From: Centroscyllium fabricii
Taxonomy: Eukaryota
Assembly: GCA_051313645.2 (NCBI GenBank)
Contig: JBNRSN020000018.1
Span: forward strand, 98,518,001-98,582,000
DNA: 64,000 nucleotides
Direction of reading: 5' to 3'
How positions within the stretch are numbered: the first letter of the stretch is position 1; every line of letters starts with the position of its first letter. This document shows positions 47,100 to 58,984 of this stretch, one piece after another. The notes beneath the pieces were generated by a model. It was not told the DNA's origin and did not search any database. It worked only from the letters and a program-made list of their open reading frames with translations. Made by a program: the position numbers and the translations under genes.

Positions 47100-50000
47100 A
47101 TGAATGAACAGAAGTATCTGGATGTTTGTGACTTTAGAGACAAAGATTGCGTATCTTTTTTTTGCTTTCCACCCCGCCCCCCGCCCCCCCCACGGGCGCC
47201 GCCATCTCGCCCCCAGCAGCCCACCATGTGCGACCCCTCGGCGCAGCCATTTTGCCTCCAGGGCCCCACCATGTGCGACCCCTCGGCACCGCCATTTTGT
47301 CTCCAGGGCCCCACCATGTGCGAGCCAGGGGCGCCACCATTTTGTCCCCAGGGCCCCACCATGTGCGAGCCAGGGGCGCCGCCATCTTGTGTACAGCCCC
47401 GACCAGCAGGGGGCGCACACACACGAAAGCACACGTCTGCTTCAGCCAGACCCAGAGTAAACCAGGACAGGCCACATACCCTGTCTAACTCTATTATGCC
47501 CATCAAGATAAACGGCTATACTGTCAACTGCTTATTTGACACTGGAAGCACGGAGAGTTTTGTGCACCCCGACACAGTGCAGCGCTGCGGACTGCAGGTC
47601 CTGCCCACAAACTACCAAGTCTCCCTTGCTTCGCAGTCCCACACCACGGACGTCACCGGCTACTGCTCCGTCACGCTCACAGTCAAGGGGTGCGTGTACC
47701 GTAATTTTAAATTGTACACCCTCCAGCAGTTGTGTGCCCCAGCCTTACTAGGTCTGGATTTCCAGTGCCACCTCAAGAGCGTGACAATGGAGTTCGGCGG
47801 GACCTTGCCCCCCCTCACCGTCAGTAGCCGGGACAATCCCTTCCCAAAGCGGAGCCCGGCCTGCGGCCTCTCCACCCTGAAAATCGACCCCCCCTCACTG
47901 TTCGCCAATCTCGACCCCAAGTGCAAACCCATTGCCACAAAGAGTCGGCGGTACAGTGCGGGGGATCGCACGTTTATCAGGTCGGAGGTCGGGCGTATGC
48001 TGAAGGAGGGGATAATCGAAGCCAGCACCAGCCCCTGGCGCGCCCAGGTAGTAGTGGTGAAGTCTGGCGAGAAACAACGGCTGGTGATCGATTGCAGCCA
48101 GACTATTAACCGCTGCACCGGGCTCGACGCCTACCCCCTTCCCCGCATCTCGGAAATGGTCAATCAGATCGCCCAGTACAAGGTGTTCTCCACGATCGAC
48201 CTTAAATCGGCGTATCAATTGCTCCCGATTCGGAAAGCCGACCGCCCCTACACTGCCTTCGAGGCGAACGGTCGGCTCTACCACTTCCTCCGGGTCCCCT
48301 TTGGCGTGACCAACGGAGTGTCAGTGTTCCAACGGGAGATGGACCGAATGGTTGACCAGAACGAGTTGCAGGCCACTTTCCCTTACCTGGACAACGTGAC
48401 CATCTGCGGCCACGACCAGCAGGACCACGATGCCAACCTGGCCAGATTTCTCGACACGGCGGATAAGCTGGACCTCACGTATAACAAAGACAAATGTGTC
48501 TGTAATACAGACCGGCTCGCCATCCTCGGATACGTGGTGGAGAACGGGGTCCTCGGCCCTGACCCACAGCGTATGCGCCCCCTACAAGAACTGTCCCTAC
48601 CTCACAACCCCAAAGCCTTGAGGAGATGCCTAGGATTTTTCTCCTATTACGCACAATGGGTCCCACAGTTCGCGGACAAGGCTAGACCACTCCTCAAGAC
48701 TGCCGTTTTCCCCCTTTCGGTAGAAGCCCAAACGGCATTCACCCGGATAAAGGAAGACATCATCAAGGCGACCATGCTCGCTGTTGATGAATCCATTCCC
48801 TTCCAGGTGGAGAGCGACGCTTCGGACTTTGCCCTTGCTGCCACCCTGAATCAGGCAGGCAGGCCTGTAGCATTTTTCTCCCGCACCTTACAGGGACCCG
48901 AAACTCGCCACTCAGCAGTGGAAAAGGAGGCCCAGGCCATCGTGGAGGCCGTGCGCTACTGGCGTCATTACCTGGCCGGTAAGCGTTTCACCCTGCTCAC
49001 CGACCAACGGTCGGTGGCGTTTATGTTTAATAATAAACAACGGGGTAAAATCAAGAATGATAAGATCCTGCGGTGGCGGATTGAACTCTCGACTTACGAG
49101 TACGACATTCTTTACCGACCAGGCAAACTCAATGAACCCCCGGACGCACTGTCCAGGGGAACGTGCGCCAGTGCTCAGCTAGACCGGCTGAAGGACCTCC
49201 ACGATCGCCTCTGTCACCCGGGTGTCACCAGACTTGCCCACTTTGTCAGATCCCGTAGCCTCCCCTACTCCATCACGGAGATCAAGGCTATGACCCGAGA
49301 GTGCCCTGTCTGCGCCGAGTGCAAACCCCACCTTTTCCGGCGAGACACGGCGCACCTCATTAAGGCCACCCGCCCCTTTGAACGTCTCAGCGTGGACTTC
49401 AAAGGCCCCCTCCCCACCACCGACCGCAACTCATACTTCCTCACGGTCGTGGATGAGTTCTCCCGCTTCCTCTTTGCCTTCCCCTGCGCAGATATGACGA
49501 GCGCAACGGTGATAAAACACTTCACCACACTGTTCGCCATTTTCGGTCTCCCCAGCTACATCCATAGCGACCGGGGGTCATCGTTCATGAGCGATGAACT
49601 GCGGCAGTTTCTGCTCCAGAAAGGGGTTGCCACGAGCAGAACGACCAGTTATAAGCCCCGGGGGAATGGCCAGGTAGAAAGGGAGAATGGGATCATTTGG
49701 AAGACGGTCACCCTGGCTCTGAAGTCCAGAGGCCTTCCAGTGGCCCATTGGCAGGCAGTCCTCCCAGACACGCTGCACTCTATACGCTCGCTCCTGTGTA
49801 CAGCTACTAACACCACCCCCCATGATCTGATTTTTGCCTTCCCCAGGAAATCGACTTCGGGGACAGCTCTTCCTCCATGGCTCACGACACCAGGGCCGGT
49901 CTTCCTTAGAAGGCATGTCCGGAGCCACAAGACCGACCTCCTGGTGGACAAGGTGCAGCTCCTGCATGCGAACCCGCATTATGCATTTGTGCAGTTCCCG

Positions 50001-50429
50001 GACGGGCGGGAGGACACCGTATCCATCAGGGACCTGGCTCCCGCAGGAAGCACCACCGCAGAGCCCCTGGTCGGCCAGCAGGCCGCTCAGCCACAGTATC
50101 CAGAACACCCACCAGGTATACGATGGGCCCCGAGTTTCCCAGAGCCCCAGCAGTTGCCAGTACGGGACTACCACGCAGACGGCTCGGACCAGCTGGATCC
50201 ATCGCCACCAGAAACCACGGCACCAGAGCCGCTGCCACCACCGGCGGACTCGAGGGGCACGGACCAGGAAGGGCCACCACCGGAACGCCGGCGGTCCTCC
50301 AGGCAGACACGACCGCCGGATAGACTTATAATGAACTGCTCCATCCATTCACCCCCCCCGGACTTAACATTTTCAAGAAGGGGTGAATGTGGTAACCATA
50401 TGATATGTAATACCACTGCATTATTGTGA
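47100..50429 (+). CDS. pol: open PR-RT-RH-IN frame of element G (1109 aa; first ~30 aa come from flanking DNA)
   Basis: LFDTGS, YLDN, SDASD, HHCC, VDFKGP...SDRG...VERENG; no internal stops. Confidence 0.85.
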   Translation: MNEQKYLDVCDFRDKDCVSFFCFPPRPPPPPRAPPSRPQQPTMCDPSAQPFCLQGPTMCDPSAPPFCLQGPTMCEPGAPPFCPQGPTMCEPGAPPSCVQPRPAGGAHTRKHTSASARPRVNQDRPHTLSNSIMPIKINGYTVNCLFDTGSTESFVHPDTVQRCGLQVLPTNYQVSLASQSHTTDVTGYCSVTLTVKGCVYRNFKLYTLQQLCAPALLGLDFQCHLKSVTMEFGGTLPPLTVSSRDNPFPKRSPACGLSTLKIDPPSLFANLDPKCKPIATKSRRYSAGDRTFIRSEVGRMLKEGIIEASTSPWRAQVVVVKSGEKQRLVIDCSQTINRCTGLDAYPLPRISEMVNQIAQYKVFSTIDLKSAYQLLPIRKADRPYTAFEANGRLYHFLRVPFGVTNGVSVFQREMDRMVDQNELQATFPYLDNVTICGHDQQDHDANLARFLDTADKLDLTYNKDKCVCNTDRLAILGYVVENGVLGPDPQRMRPLQELSLPHNPKALRRCLGFFSYYAQWVPQFADKARPLLKTAVFPLSVEAQTAFTRIKEDIIKATMLAVDESIPFQVESDASDFALAATLNQAGRPVAFFSRTLQGPETRHSAVEKEAQAIVEAVRYWRHYLAGKRFTLLTDQRSVAFMFNNKQRGKIKNDKILRWRIELSTYEYDILYRPGKLNEPPDALSRGTCASAQLDRLKDLHDRLCHPGVTRLAHFVRSRSLPYSITEIKAMTRECPVCAECKPHLFRRDTAHLIKATRPFERLSVDFKGPLPTTDRNSYFLTVVDEFSRFLFAFPCADMTSATVIKHFTTLFAIFGLPSYIHSDRGSSFMSDELRQFLLQKGVATSRTTSYKPRGNGQVERENGIIWKTVTLALKSRGLPVAHWQAVLPDTLHSIRSLLCTATNTTPHDLIFAFPRKSTSGTALPPWLTTPGPVFLRRHVRSHKTDLLVDKVQLLHANPHYAFVQFPDGREDTVSIRDLAPAGSTTAEPLVGQQAAQPQYPEHPPGIRWAPSFPEPQQLPVRDYHADGSDQLDPSPPETTAPEPLPPPADSRGTDQEGPPPERRRSSRQTRPPDRLIMNCSIHSPPPDLTFSRRGECGNHMICNTTALL

Positions 50430-50674
50430 TCAATAATGGGCTGCGTATATGTATATGCAGCCCTGTAATACCAGTGTAATACTGTAGGGAGCCAGGTCAG
50501 CCACGCCCCTAACTCCTCCCCCAGGTGAGGCCTTATAGGTGGAGACTGGCCCAGGCTCCTCATTCCTGTGCAGATGTTCGTTCGGAGAGTAGCTCCAATC
50601 TTAGTGATTAAAAGCCTATAGTTACGGTAACTACTCGTCGTGTCTTTTAATCTTGAGGTATTGACGATAGGTCA
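47175..50674 (+). mobile_element. 5'-truncated Gypsy element G (same lineage as A and B)
   Basis: Begins within the 39-bp repeats. PPT AAGAAGGGGTGAA. 3' LTR 50388-50674 (TGTGGTAACC...GTCA). Confidence 0.93.
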
Positions 50675-50804
50675 CACCCTTTGATCTCAGGCTGACTGAT
50701 ATGTTAGAACACCTTTGATTGCTTTGATGTCTCTCTGCTGAGGTGTGATGTTGAACAGTTCGAGAGACCACATTGTTCTCTCTCTCTATCTATATGCTGT
50801 GTTT

Positions 50805-50947
50805 AAATGAATCTCGTCACTTCACCTGAGGAAGGAGCTGCGCTCCGAAAGCTTGTGATTTCAAATAAAACTGTTGGACTGTAACCTGGTGTTGTGTGAC
50901 TTCTTACAATTGTCCACCCCAGTCCAACACCGGCACCTCCACATCAT
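50805..50947 (+). mobile_element. Penelope-like terminal repeat fragment
   Basis: Hammerhead-like core followed by AATAAA and GTTGGACTGTAACCTGGTGTTGTG. Confidence 0.65.
50822..50858 (+). ncRNA. candidate minimal type I hammerhead ribozyme
   Basis: TCAC-CTGAGGA-A-GGAGC tgc GCTCC-GAAAGCTT-GTGA. Confidence 0.6.
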
Positions 50948-52744
50948 GTTTAAAATAGACATTACGGTTCTGACACTCAGTAATTGGTGGAATATTCTAA
51001 CAATCGCCCTACTCCCCTCTGGATTGCAATTTTGTTCGGATTTCACAGACAACTCTTGCCCCAGATAAGATGATGGAAGGATCAGTTAAATGGAAAGGAA
51101 CTGAAAGCTCTCGGGTGTTTGAAGCGGGCCGCACGGCTGGTTATAGGCTGGAGCCACAGTCTCACTGGAGGAGAGAGGGAGAGAGAGGCGGGGTTCCAGG
51201 AAGAGAATGAGCTTTTTGTGTAGGGATGCTCCCTGCCCATTGATCAAATGCAACACAACACACACTGATGGAAGGATCACAGGAGGGTAGCTGATCAGTC
51301 TGCTCACTGAATGCGTGCTTTAGGAACAGTCGAGAGACACACACACACAAAAAAAACCACACAGTGCCCAATTGTATCCAGTGGTGTTAGCTGCAAGCTG
51401 TAGCCGTGACAGTAAAAGGGAGGGAGGGAGGCTGGGATCCAGTCTGCAGCATGCAGAGTGAGCGGGGACAGTGCAAATGATCTGATGCTGCAGGAAAACG
51501 CCATTGTCTGTGTCAGCAGCCGAGTCTCCTGCCAGATTCCTCCATCTCCATTAAATGCATTGGGATCTGCAAAGAGGAGCCGTTTGCTCAATGGTGCTTT
51601 TGATCGCTTGTTTCCTTTTCGCCATAAAGGTAAGCGGAATGTCGCCTTGAAGCTGATGCATCACTTTTTTGGAGAAAAAAAACCATGCCCCTCAATTTAA
51701 GTGAGGAACATTATTTTGTACAAAAAACAGACTGAAATGGTTTTAATTCTCTGTATTGTTAGCGTCTTGTGTGAAGTATGAGATACATATTATTTTAAAA
51801 GGTCTTGGTGTGTAAGTCCCCCCCCCCCCCCCACCCCACCTCAATGTGCTTTCACCATTAATAACCAGAGCTGACACAGAAGGTCGGCTTGGCATAATAT
51901 GCTTCCAGGCACAATGAAGCCACTTAATTTTCCCGAGACTAATGTATTCCAGCTTGGTACTGCACCCCACTTATAGCAGTCGCTTAGTGTCTGTTTCCTG
52001 GATTAGTCACTTTAATACTAGATCCTAACGGGACAGTTTTGATGATTTTTTTTTAGAAAGAGAAACTGTTTTATGATGAATTTTCTATGACCTGTGCTGT
52101 TACTCTGTGAAAGATTGTCCAGATCGATTTAAAATCAGATGGTTTGTTCTTTCTCTCTTGACATTTTGCAAAATTAATGGATCTTTTGACTAAACGGGGG
52201 CCAAGGAGACCACAGTAATGTCGACCCTTTCGTTGCACGAGTTTAAATAGATCTGCTCCCCAAGGGCACCGCTCTGCCTTTTAATAGTCCCATCACAGTC
52301 ATTCTGCAGCCCTTTACTTTCGTGGTTGCTTGAGCTACAGGGAAATTGTTTGTGACGTGTGGCCAATGTACGACGATTTGTATTTTGATAAAATTGACAG
52401 CAGCCATCTGAGAATAAATAGACAAAAAATGAGCTGTGTTCCAACAGAAAAGAAGAAATGGGTTATCTGTAATAGTCATTGTAGGAGATATACATTTAAG
52501 ACCATGATTAATTTGGGATACTTGAACCATATTCGTGAATATATATATGTATATGTATACATATGTACACACTACACACACACACATATATACACGTGTG
52601 TGTAGTGTGCAGAGATATATAAATATTTATTTCAGCACCTATCATTGTGTTAGACAAAAGTAAGAATCTGCCCAGATTAATTTATATAAATCCACATCTT
52701 GGTACTTCAGGACACCCTCATGTCTGTGGATCAATGGTAATGTG

Positions 52745-53110
52745 GACGACACGGTGGTGCAGTGGTTAGCACTGCTGCCTCGCAATAAGGAGCTCCTGGG
52801 TTTGAATCCTGCTTGGCCCCGGACCCCTCTGCGTGGAGTTTACATTTCTCCCCGTGTTCGTGTGGGTTTCCTCCGGGTACTCTGGTTTCCTCCCACCATC
52901 CAAAGACATGCAGGTTAGGTGAATTGGAGATACTAAAAATTGCCCATGAGTATGTGTGTGAGATATAGTTCTTAGAGTTGGGGGTGTCGGGGGATATGGG
53001 GAGAGGGTAGGAGGGGGTTGCTGGGTTTGGATGATCAGCCATGATCTCATCAAAAATGGCGGAGCAGGCTCGAAGGGCCGAATGGCCTACTCCTGCTCCT
53101 ATCGTCTGTG
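52745..53110 (+). mobile_element. V-SINE (HE1-like) with CR1-derived tail
   Basis: Box A TGGTGCAGTGG, box B GGTTTGAATCC, V domain GTGGAGTTT...GGGTTTCCTCCGGGTACTCTGGTTTCCTCCCA, CR1 tail. Confidence 0.9.
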
Positions 53111-53204
53111 TGGGCAAATGTGTAGGTGCGAGGAGCTGGATCCAATCTGCAGCCCATGGGCTACATTCTGGTAATGTACAATGAAGCTGGGCAGTTTCCA
53201 GTTT

Positions 53205-53756
53205 TAATAAAAACAGAAAATGCTGGAAATACTCAGCAGGCCAGGCAGCATCTGTGGAGAGGGGAACAGAGTTAACGTTTCAGGTCGATGACCCTTCCAG
53301 TTTTAAGGAACAGCACCTCATCTTTCGCTCAGGCACTCTACAGCCCTCTGGACTAAACACAGAGTTCAACAATTTCAGATCATAACCTCGGCCCCTATCT
53401 CATTTTTACATACATATACTTTCTCTATTTTATCAATCCACACCTTCGTCTGGCCTTTTTTGTTTGTTCTTTACTCCGCCAGAGCCATTCACACCTCCAG
53501 AGCCATCCTGTGTTCCTTGAATTTCTCTCAATGTCTCTTAATCTCCCCCGCCTTCTATTCCGTCGCTGACCTTCCCTTTGTTCTTTCAGCCCCTCCCCCT
53601 TTCCCCAGACCCTACTTGCTTTAAAATCTATCCCCCCTCCCGGTTTCTCCAGTTCTGACGAAAGGTCTTCGACCTGAAACATTAACTCTGTTTCTCTCTC
53701 CACCGATGCTGCATGGCCTGCTGAGTATTTCCAGTGTTTTCTGTTGTTGTTTCCAG
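53205..53756 (+). mobile_element. Penelope-like 3' fragment with an inverted partial terminal repeat
   Basis: EQHLIFRSGTLQPSGLNTEFNNFRS* then 3' UTR. 53205-53297 is an inverted copy of ~53660-53755. Confidence 0.85.
53651..53687 (+). ncRNA. candidate minimal hammerhead ribozyme
   Basis: AGTT-CTGACGA-A-AGGTC ttc GACCT-GAAACATT-AACT. Confidence 0.65.
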
Positions 53757-53869
53757 TTTTAATGTTATTCTCTTTCTCCCTTATGTACTAGTATGAGGTC
53801 CTTTAATAGTAGGAGCTTAAGTAGTCTCGAATTAATCAAATCTATTAATGTACACATATGCTCATTACA

Positions 53870-54366
53870 GAAAGATATACTTGCCATAGAGGGCTTGCAA
53901 CAAAGGTTCGCAGACGATGGGGGATTGTCCTATGAGGACAGATTGAGTAGACTAGGCCTATATTCTCTGGAGTTTAGAAGAATGAGAGGTGATCTCATTG
54001 AAACATACAACATTCTTACAGGGCTTGACAGGGTCGATGTTTCCCCTGGCTGGGGAGTCTAGAACCAGGTGTAACAGTCTCAGAATAAGGGGTCGGCCAT
54101 TTAGGACTGAGAGGAGGAGACATTTCTTCACTCAGAGGCTGGTGAATCTTTGGAATTCTCTACCCCAGAGGGCTGTGGAGGCTCAGTCGTTGAGTATATT
54201 CAAGACTGAGATCGATAGATTTTTAAATATTAAGGGAATCAAGGGATATGGGGGTCGTGCAGGAAAGTGGAGATGAGGTAGAAGATTAGCCATGATCTTA
54301 TTGAATGAAGGTGCAGGCTTGAGCTGGCCAAATGGCCGACTCCTGCTCCTATTTCTTATGTTCTTA
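53870..54366 (+). mobile_element. CR1 LINE 3' fragment
   Basis: GLSYEDRLSRLGLYSLEFRRMRGDLIETY; FFTQRLVNLWNSLP; (TTCTTATG) tail. Confidence 0.92.
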
Positions 54367-55534
54367 TATCGTCTATCAAAATGTCAGTGATATTCCCTTG
54401 GTACATCAGCTGGTTGAGGTGGAGAGTGGCTGATCTATACAATCTAGGTAGGTCCCAGCTTCAGTCCCTGGTCTATAATGAGTTATCAGTTCCCAGCCAG
54501 GGTGGCAGTAAGGCTTCTTTCTCCTGGGTTAGGGAGGGGGAAATCAGATATGGTTCCCCCTCCTGGTTGCTATTTAGGTTTTTCCTGCTGGAAGTGCTCG
54601 GGGATGGACCTCAGATGGCGACAATTGATCTGGTTTAGCTGTAAAACACGCTGCGGTTGAATAGCCTGTCAATGGTCACCATGTACTCTCTCACATAAAT
54701 GCTGGTCAGTTGTATCGTGCAGAAGTTTAAATGTTGTGTTGTAATTTTTTACACCCAAATGCGCATTCCTTGCGTGTAACTTTGATTCACATATTGTTTC
54801 CTGATGTATAACACTCACCCAGATATCAAGCCCATTTTCCTGAGTAAATTATGTTATGTACAAAATTACTTTTATGGGGACCACCTTTGAATGAATTTTC
54901 ATAAGTAATGTGTGCTCACTTACAGAGAGCAGCTGCAGATTTGGGGTCTATTTTTCAGCATGAAATGTTGCAGGTTATATGTGGAAGAAATATAATACTT
55001 CTAATTGAAGATGAAAAGAATTGCATTTTGCTTTGAATTATGAGTCATTACTGGGTATGAGCGAGAGCTGCTTTCGCAGACAGTTATTTTTGCATAATGT
55101 CCTGATCAATCTCCTAAACTGGAGTGGACTGTGGGTGTGCATTATTTAAATTCAGATATCTTGCCTACTCAGAAAATCTGTAAATTACGCAAACGTATAC
55201 TGGAAGCTGAAAAGCACTTTATGACAGCAATAATGAAAAATGATCAAAAGTGAACTTCAAAAAAAATAATAGGTCTGATAGAATGGACCGTTGCGTATCG
55301 GACAATGGCATGTTCACCATGATAGACTTGTCCACCTCTGACCTTGCTCGAATGTTTATATTAGAATCGATATATGCAGCAAAAAGTTACCTATTGTTCC
55401 AATGAAAAGACACTTGTTTAGTGTTGCACTGAATTGGATCTTGCACCATCCTTTTTAACATTGCAGTAACAACAAATTGCATTTATATAGCACCTTTTTA
55501 AGTTCAAAAACGGCCCAGGGAGAAATGAATCCAA

Positions 55535-56781
55535 CACAACGGCCCAGCGTAAACTCGAGGAACAGCACCTCATCTTTTGCTTAGGCACTCTACAGCCCTC
55601 TGGATTAAACATAGAGTTCAACCATTTTAGATCATAACCTCGGCCCCTACCACACTTTTTTATATATATATTTTTTTCCCTTTTTTCAATCCACACTTTC
55701 GTCTGGGCTTTTTTCTTTACTCTGCCAGAGCCGTTCACACCTATTCAGAGCCATCCTGTGTTCCTTGAATTTCTCCAAATATCTCTTACCTTCCCCGTCT
55801 TCTAGCCTGTTGCTGATCTTTCCTTTGTTCTTTCAGCCACCCCCCCTCTACCCCCGCTTTCCCCAGCCCCGACAAGCTTTAAAATCTATCCCCCCTCCCG
55901 GCTTCTCCAGTTCTGAAGAAAGGTCATCGACCTGAAACGTTGGGGGGAATATCATGTCCCCGTGAGGCGGGGTTTTCGGCGGCTCGGCCAGCAAAATAGT
56001 GCAACCAGTGGGTCGCGAACCCCCATCCCCGCCGGATCCCCGCCGCTTTATCATTTTCCCCCGCCCTGATTCCACGCCCTGAAACCTTCCCGCCGGCGGC
56101 CGGCAGAGATGGGTTGTCACCTCGTTAAGGGCCCTTAATTGGCATGTTTAATGTCATTTTAAGGGCCCTCAGCCATTTTGAGCCGTTTCCCACCCTAACC
56201 CCGTCACCTTAAACGCGGGAGCACAGCGCTGGTCACTACTTTCTCCTTCAAGGTGTGAAGGACATGCTGCCAAATGCTTGGCATGCCTTCAGCACCTTAG
56301 AGGAGTAAGTTACTCTGTGGTGGCTGCACCAGCTGTGGGCAAAAACTGAGAAATCTCAGCTTTGCACATTTGCTCACAGCTGGTGCGGAGCTGTCAAGGA
56401 TTCGGAGCCCGCCCGCCCACCTGTCAGTCACCAGCACTTGACCTTTCCCATTGGTTCCACTCGACTGTGATGTCACAGTGGAGTGTTTCCATGGGAACTG
56501 TCAACAACCAGTACTGGAACTGTCAATCAAGCTCCTTGCAGCCCCGCTACAGCCTGACTCGATTGAGTTAATTACCACCCGCTGCCGCCGGCGGGGATTT
56601 AACAACTCAATTAAATTAAAATTGTGTGGGCTTTGCAGGCCTTTGGGCGGGCGGGACAGGAACCCGCCCAGACCAACCCCCGCCAGGTTCCCGCACTTCC
56701 GGCAAAATCGCCCCGTTAACTCTGTTTCTCTCTCCACCGATGCTGCCTGGCCTGCTGAGTTTCTCCAGCGTTTCTGTTGCT
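55535..56781 (+). mobile_element. Penelope-like 3' fragment interrupted by a MITE
   Basis: QRKLEEQHLIFCLGTLQPSGLNIEFNHFRS*; 3' UTR closely similar to 53300-53755. Confidence 0.85.
55942..56714. mobile_element. non-autonomous Harbinger-like element
   Basis: Imperfect TIRs GGGGGGAATAT / AAAATCGCCCC; 3-bp TSD GTT. Confidence 0.75.
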
Positions 56782-57111
56782 ACAATGGCCCATTTGATAG
56801 GATTTTAAAGGGACGGGGTGGGAGTGTGGTGAAGAAAAGTAGTAGTTTATGGCGGGATTTTGAGTGTCCGACCGAGATGACTGTAGGCTATATTAGAAGT
56901 CTAATTGATCAAGGTTCAACACCTTGGTTGTGATGGATTCAGATACGTGAGACTGAGGAATGTCTCACTTTCAATAGGAATCTTTTACTTTCTTAGTTCT
57001 CTTTCTAATTCTCAAGGTTACTGGTGCTCATATTTAAACACATTTGTTCTGATTGTAATTAAATTACCACTTAAGGAGTTGGCTTCTAATGTCGAGTCAG
57101 CCCCTCATGTA

Positions 57112-57200
57112 ATCTTCTTCTTAGGCAGTCCCTCGGAACCGAGGATGACTTGCTTCCACATTAAAAATGAGTTCTCAGGTGACTGATGAGTCCAATGCGA
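57112..57200 (-). mobile_element. RTE-clade LINE 3' tip
   Basis: Minus strand reads GTGGAAGCAAGTCATCCTCGGTTCCGAGGGACTGCCTAAGAAGAAGA. Confidence 0.65.
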
Positions 57201-58319
57201 GCCGTAATGTGACCTCAGTGAGGCCCAGCATATTTTTGCACAATCTTTACCCACACTACTTAAATAATGAGCTGCTTTGCAGTACAGAGGCTGGGTCAGA
57301 ACAAAATTATATCGCACCAATCCAAGCGAATAGTGAGAATTAATTTCAGTAATTTTCCAGTGAGTTATGAACTTAATTGTATATCTTATGAAATTAAGCT
57401 GTGCCCTTGCAACTGCCCTGCATCATTTTTCTTCATGCCAAATATTGCTTTAGAAAATAGTTGACCCTGAATCTCCTTAACTTTAACACTTCCTTCCCAC
57501 ACTGCCACCCAAAAAGGGCTGACTGATGTAATTCTCAGCTTGCCGCATCTCCTTACTCCCATAATCTTTTCCAACCTCGCTCTAAAGGCAGTTGATGATA
57601 GATTAAGAAAATTACACTGTTGAAGATTAGCAAAGAACCAGCACATCATGAGCAGGTTGAATTTTTCCGGATGTAATCCATGTAGAATTAATTGAGGAAA
57701 TATAAAAAGCTGCACACTGGTGGAACTAGGTATCATTCTAATCTTTGCTATAAGCTTGTGAATTCTGTGTTTGCAACTAAAACATTTTTGGTTGTTTCTT
57801 TTACATCAGATTTTCAATTTTTAAAAAGTAATGGTCGATAACATTCAGCGTATTTCTCAGAATACTAAAGTGCAGTAAACTCTCCCTGAAAGCATAAAGA
57901 TTTGGTCCATCTAGCACGATTACTGTAAGTGTTGAAAAATTGCTTCACTTAAACTATTTTAACTTGACTGAAAGGAACATTGCACCTTGAAAACTCTCTC
58001 AAACATATTAAAAATAACTTTTTCTTTCAGTCTCTCATTTGAGTTTAAAATGAGTGCTGATTAGATATTTAAGCGTTCCCTACCCTCCCAAAAAAGGTAT
58101 AACAATTGTGCAGCCCTCATAATATGGCTCGAGTCCCCAAGCAAATTATAACTAGGAGACAAGACACTAGGAATTGGAGTTCTTTGTGAAAAGCCTGGAT
58201 GTAATAATTTATCAATATTCCTTGCAGTCATTTAGCGGTCAGAGATTGGATTCAGATATAAACACCGTGGGTTAGGTTTTGTCTTCAGTGCCTCGGGGGG
58301 TAATCTAGTGGGATGGGTC

Positions 58320-58574
58320 TAGGGTTACTAACCCACCAGGATTGCCCTGGAGTCTCCAGTAATTTAAAGATTAATCTCCTGGAAACTGCTGTGAGAAAAA
58401 TCTTAGGGGCATTATGTGATTTTTCATTTTCTTTGAACACTTTAATTTATTAGTTATAAAAAATATTGGAGATGTGGGTGGGGGGGAGGCTGTTTGATTG
58501 GGTGAGGCAGTTGGAAGCTGGAGGTCATATGATGAAACCTTCAGGAATACATCCAACCAATGTTGGCAAACCTA
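58320..58574. mobile_element. old hAT-like MITE
   Basis: Imperfect TIRs TAGGGTTACTAAC / GTTGGCAAACCTA; TSD not clear. Confidence 0.45.
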
Positions 58575-58984
58575 GCTGGATCGCATGCCCATTATAAAAG
58601 CCACCTGATTTTCATTCCATTACTTTCAATGGAATGACGATCAGATGGGTTGTGTAAAGGGTGTGTGACCCAGCCCACCAGATTACTGTTCAGGCCTTGA
58701 AAAAAGCTTGAGATACGGTCCAGGGGGGCTCTTGACAGTTGTTGAAATAGGCTGCAAACCGTTGCTTGGTATCCCAATTAGAAATGGTTTATTTGAAATT
58801 CAAAAGGGCAGTGAGTGGAAATGTGGGAAAATAGAAGAAAACATTGTTCACAGTAGGAATTAGCCTTGCGGGGCGGGGAGGGGGGGAGGAGAAACAGACA
58901 AAATGTCAGTTAATTACAGGTACTGCATGTATAGGGTGAGGACATAATAGGGGTGTATAATACAGAGGATAACTGGAACTGGGA

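Noticed and set aside
47190-47400. Regular 39-bp repeats resembling a CRISPR array (also ~31890-32120, 40840-41160, 63860-64000)
   Set aside because: Head-to-tail repeats with no unique spacers, in frame within gag-pol, no cas genes, eukaryotic context.
52745-52815. tRNA gene
   Set aside because: A and B boxes continue into a V domain and CR1 tail, so this is a SINE head.
54405-54720. Possible ancient SINE
   Set aside because: Only a degenerate box-B-like motif; family and boundaries cannot be supported.
57184-57200. CTGATGAG as a hammerhead core
   Set aside because: No stem II/GAAA follows; it is the antisense strand of an RTE 3' end.
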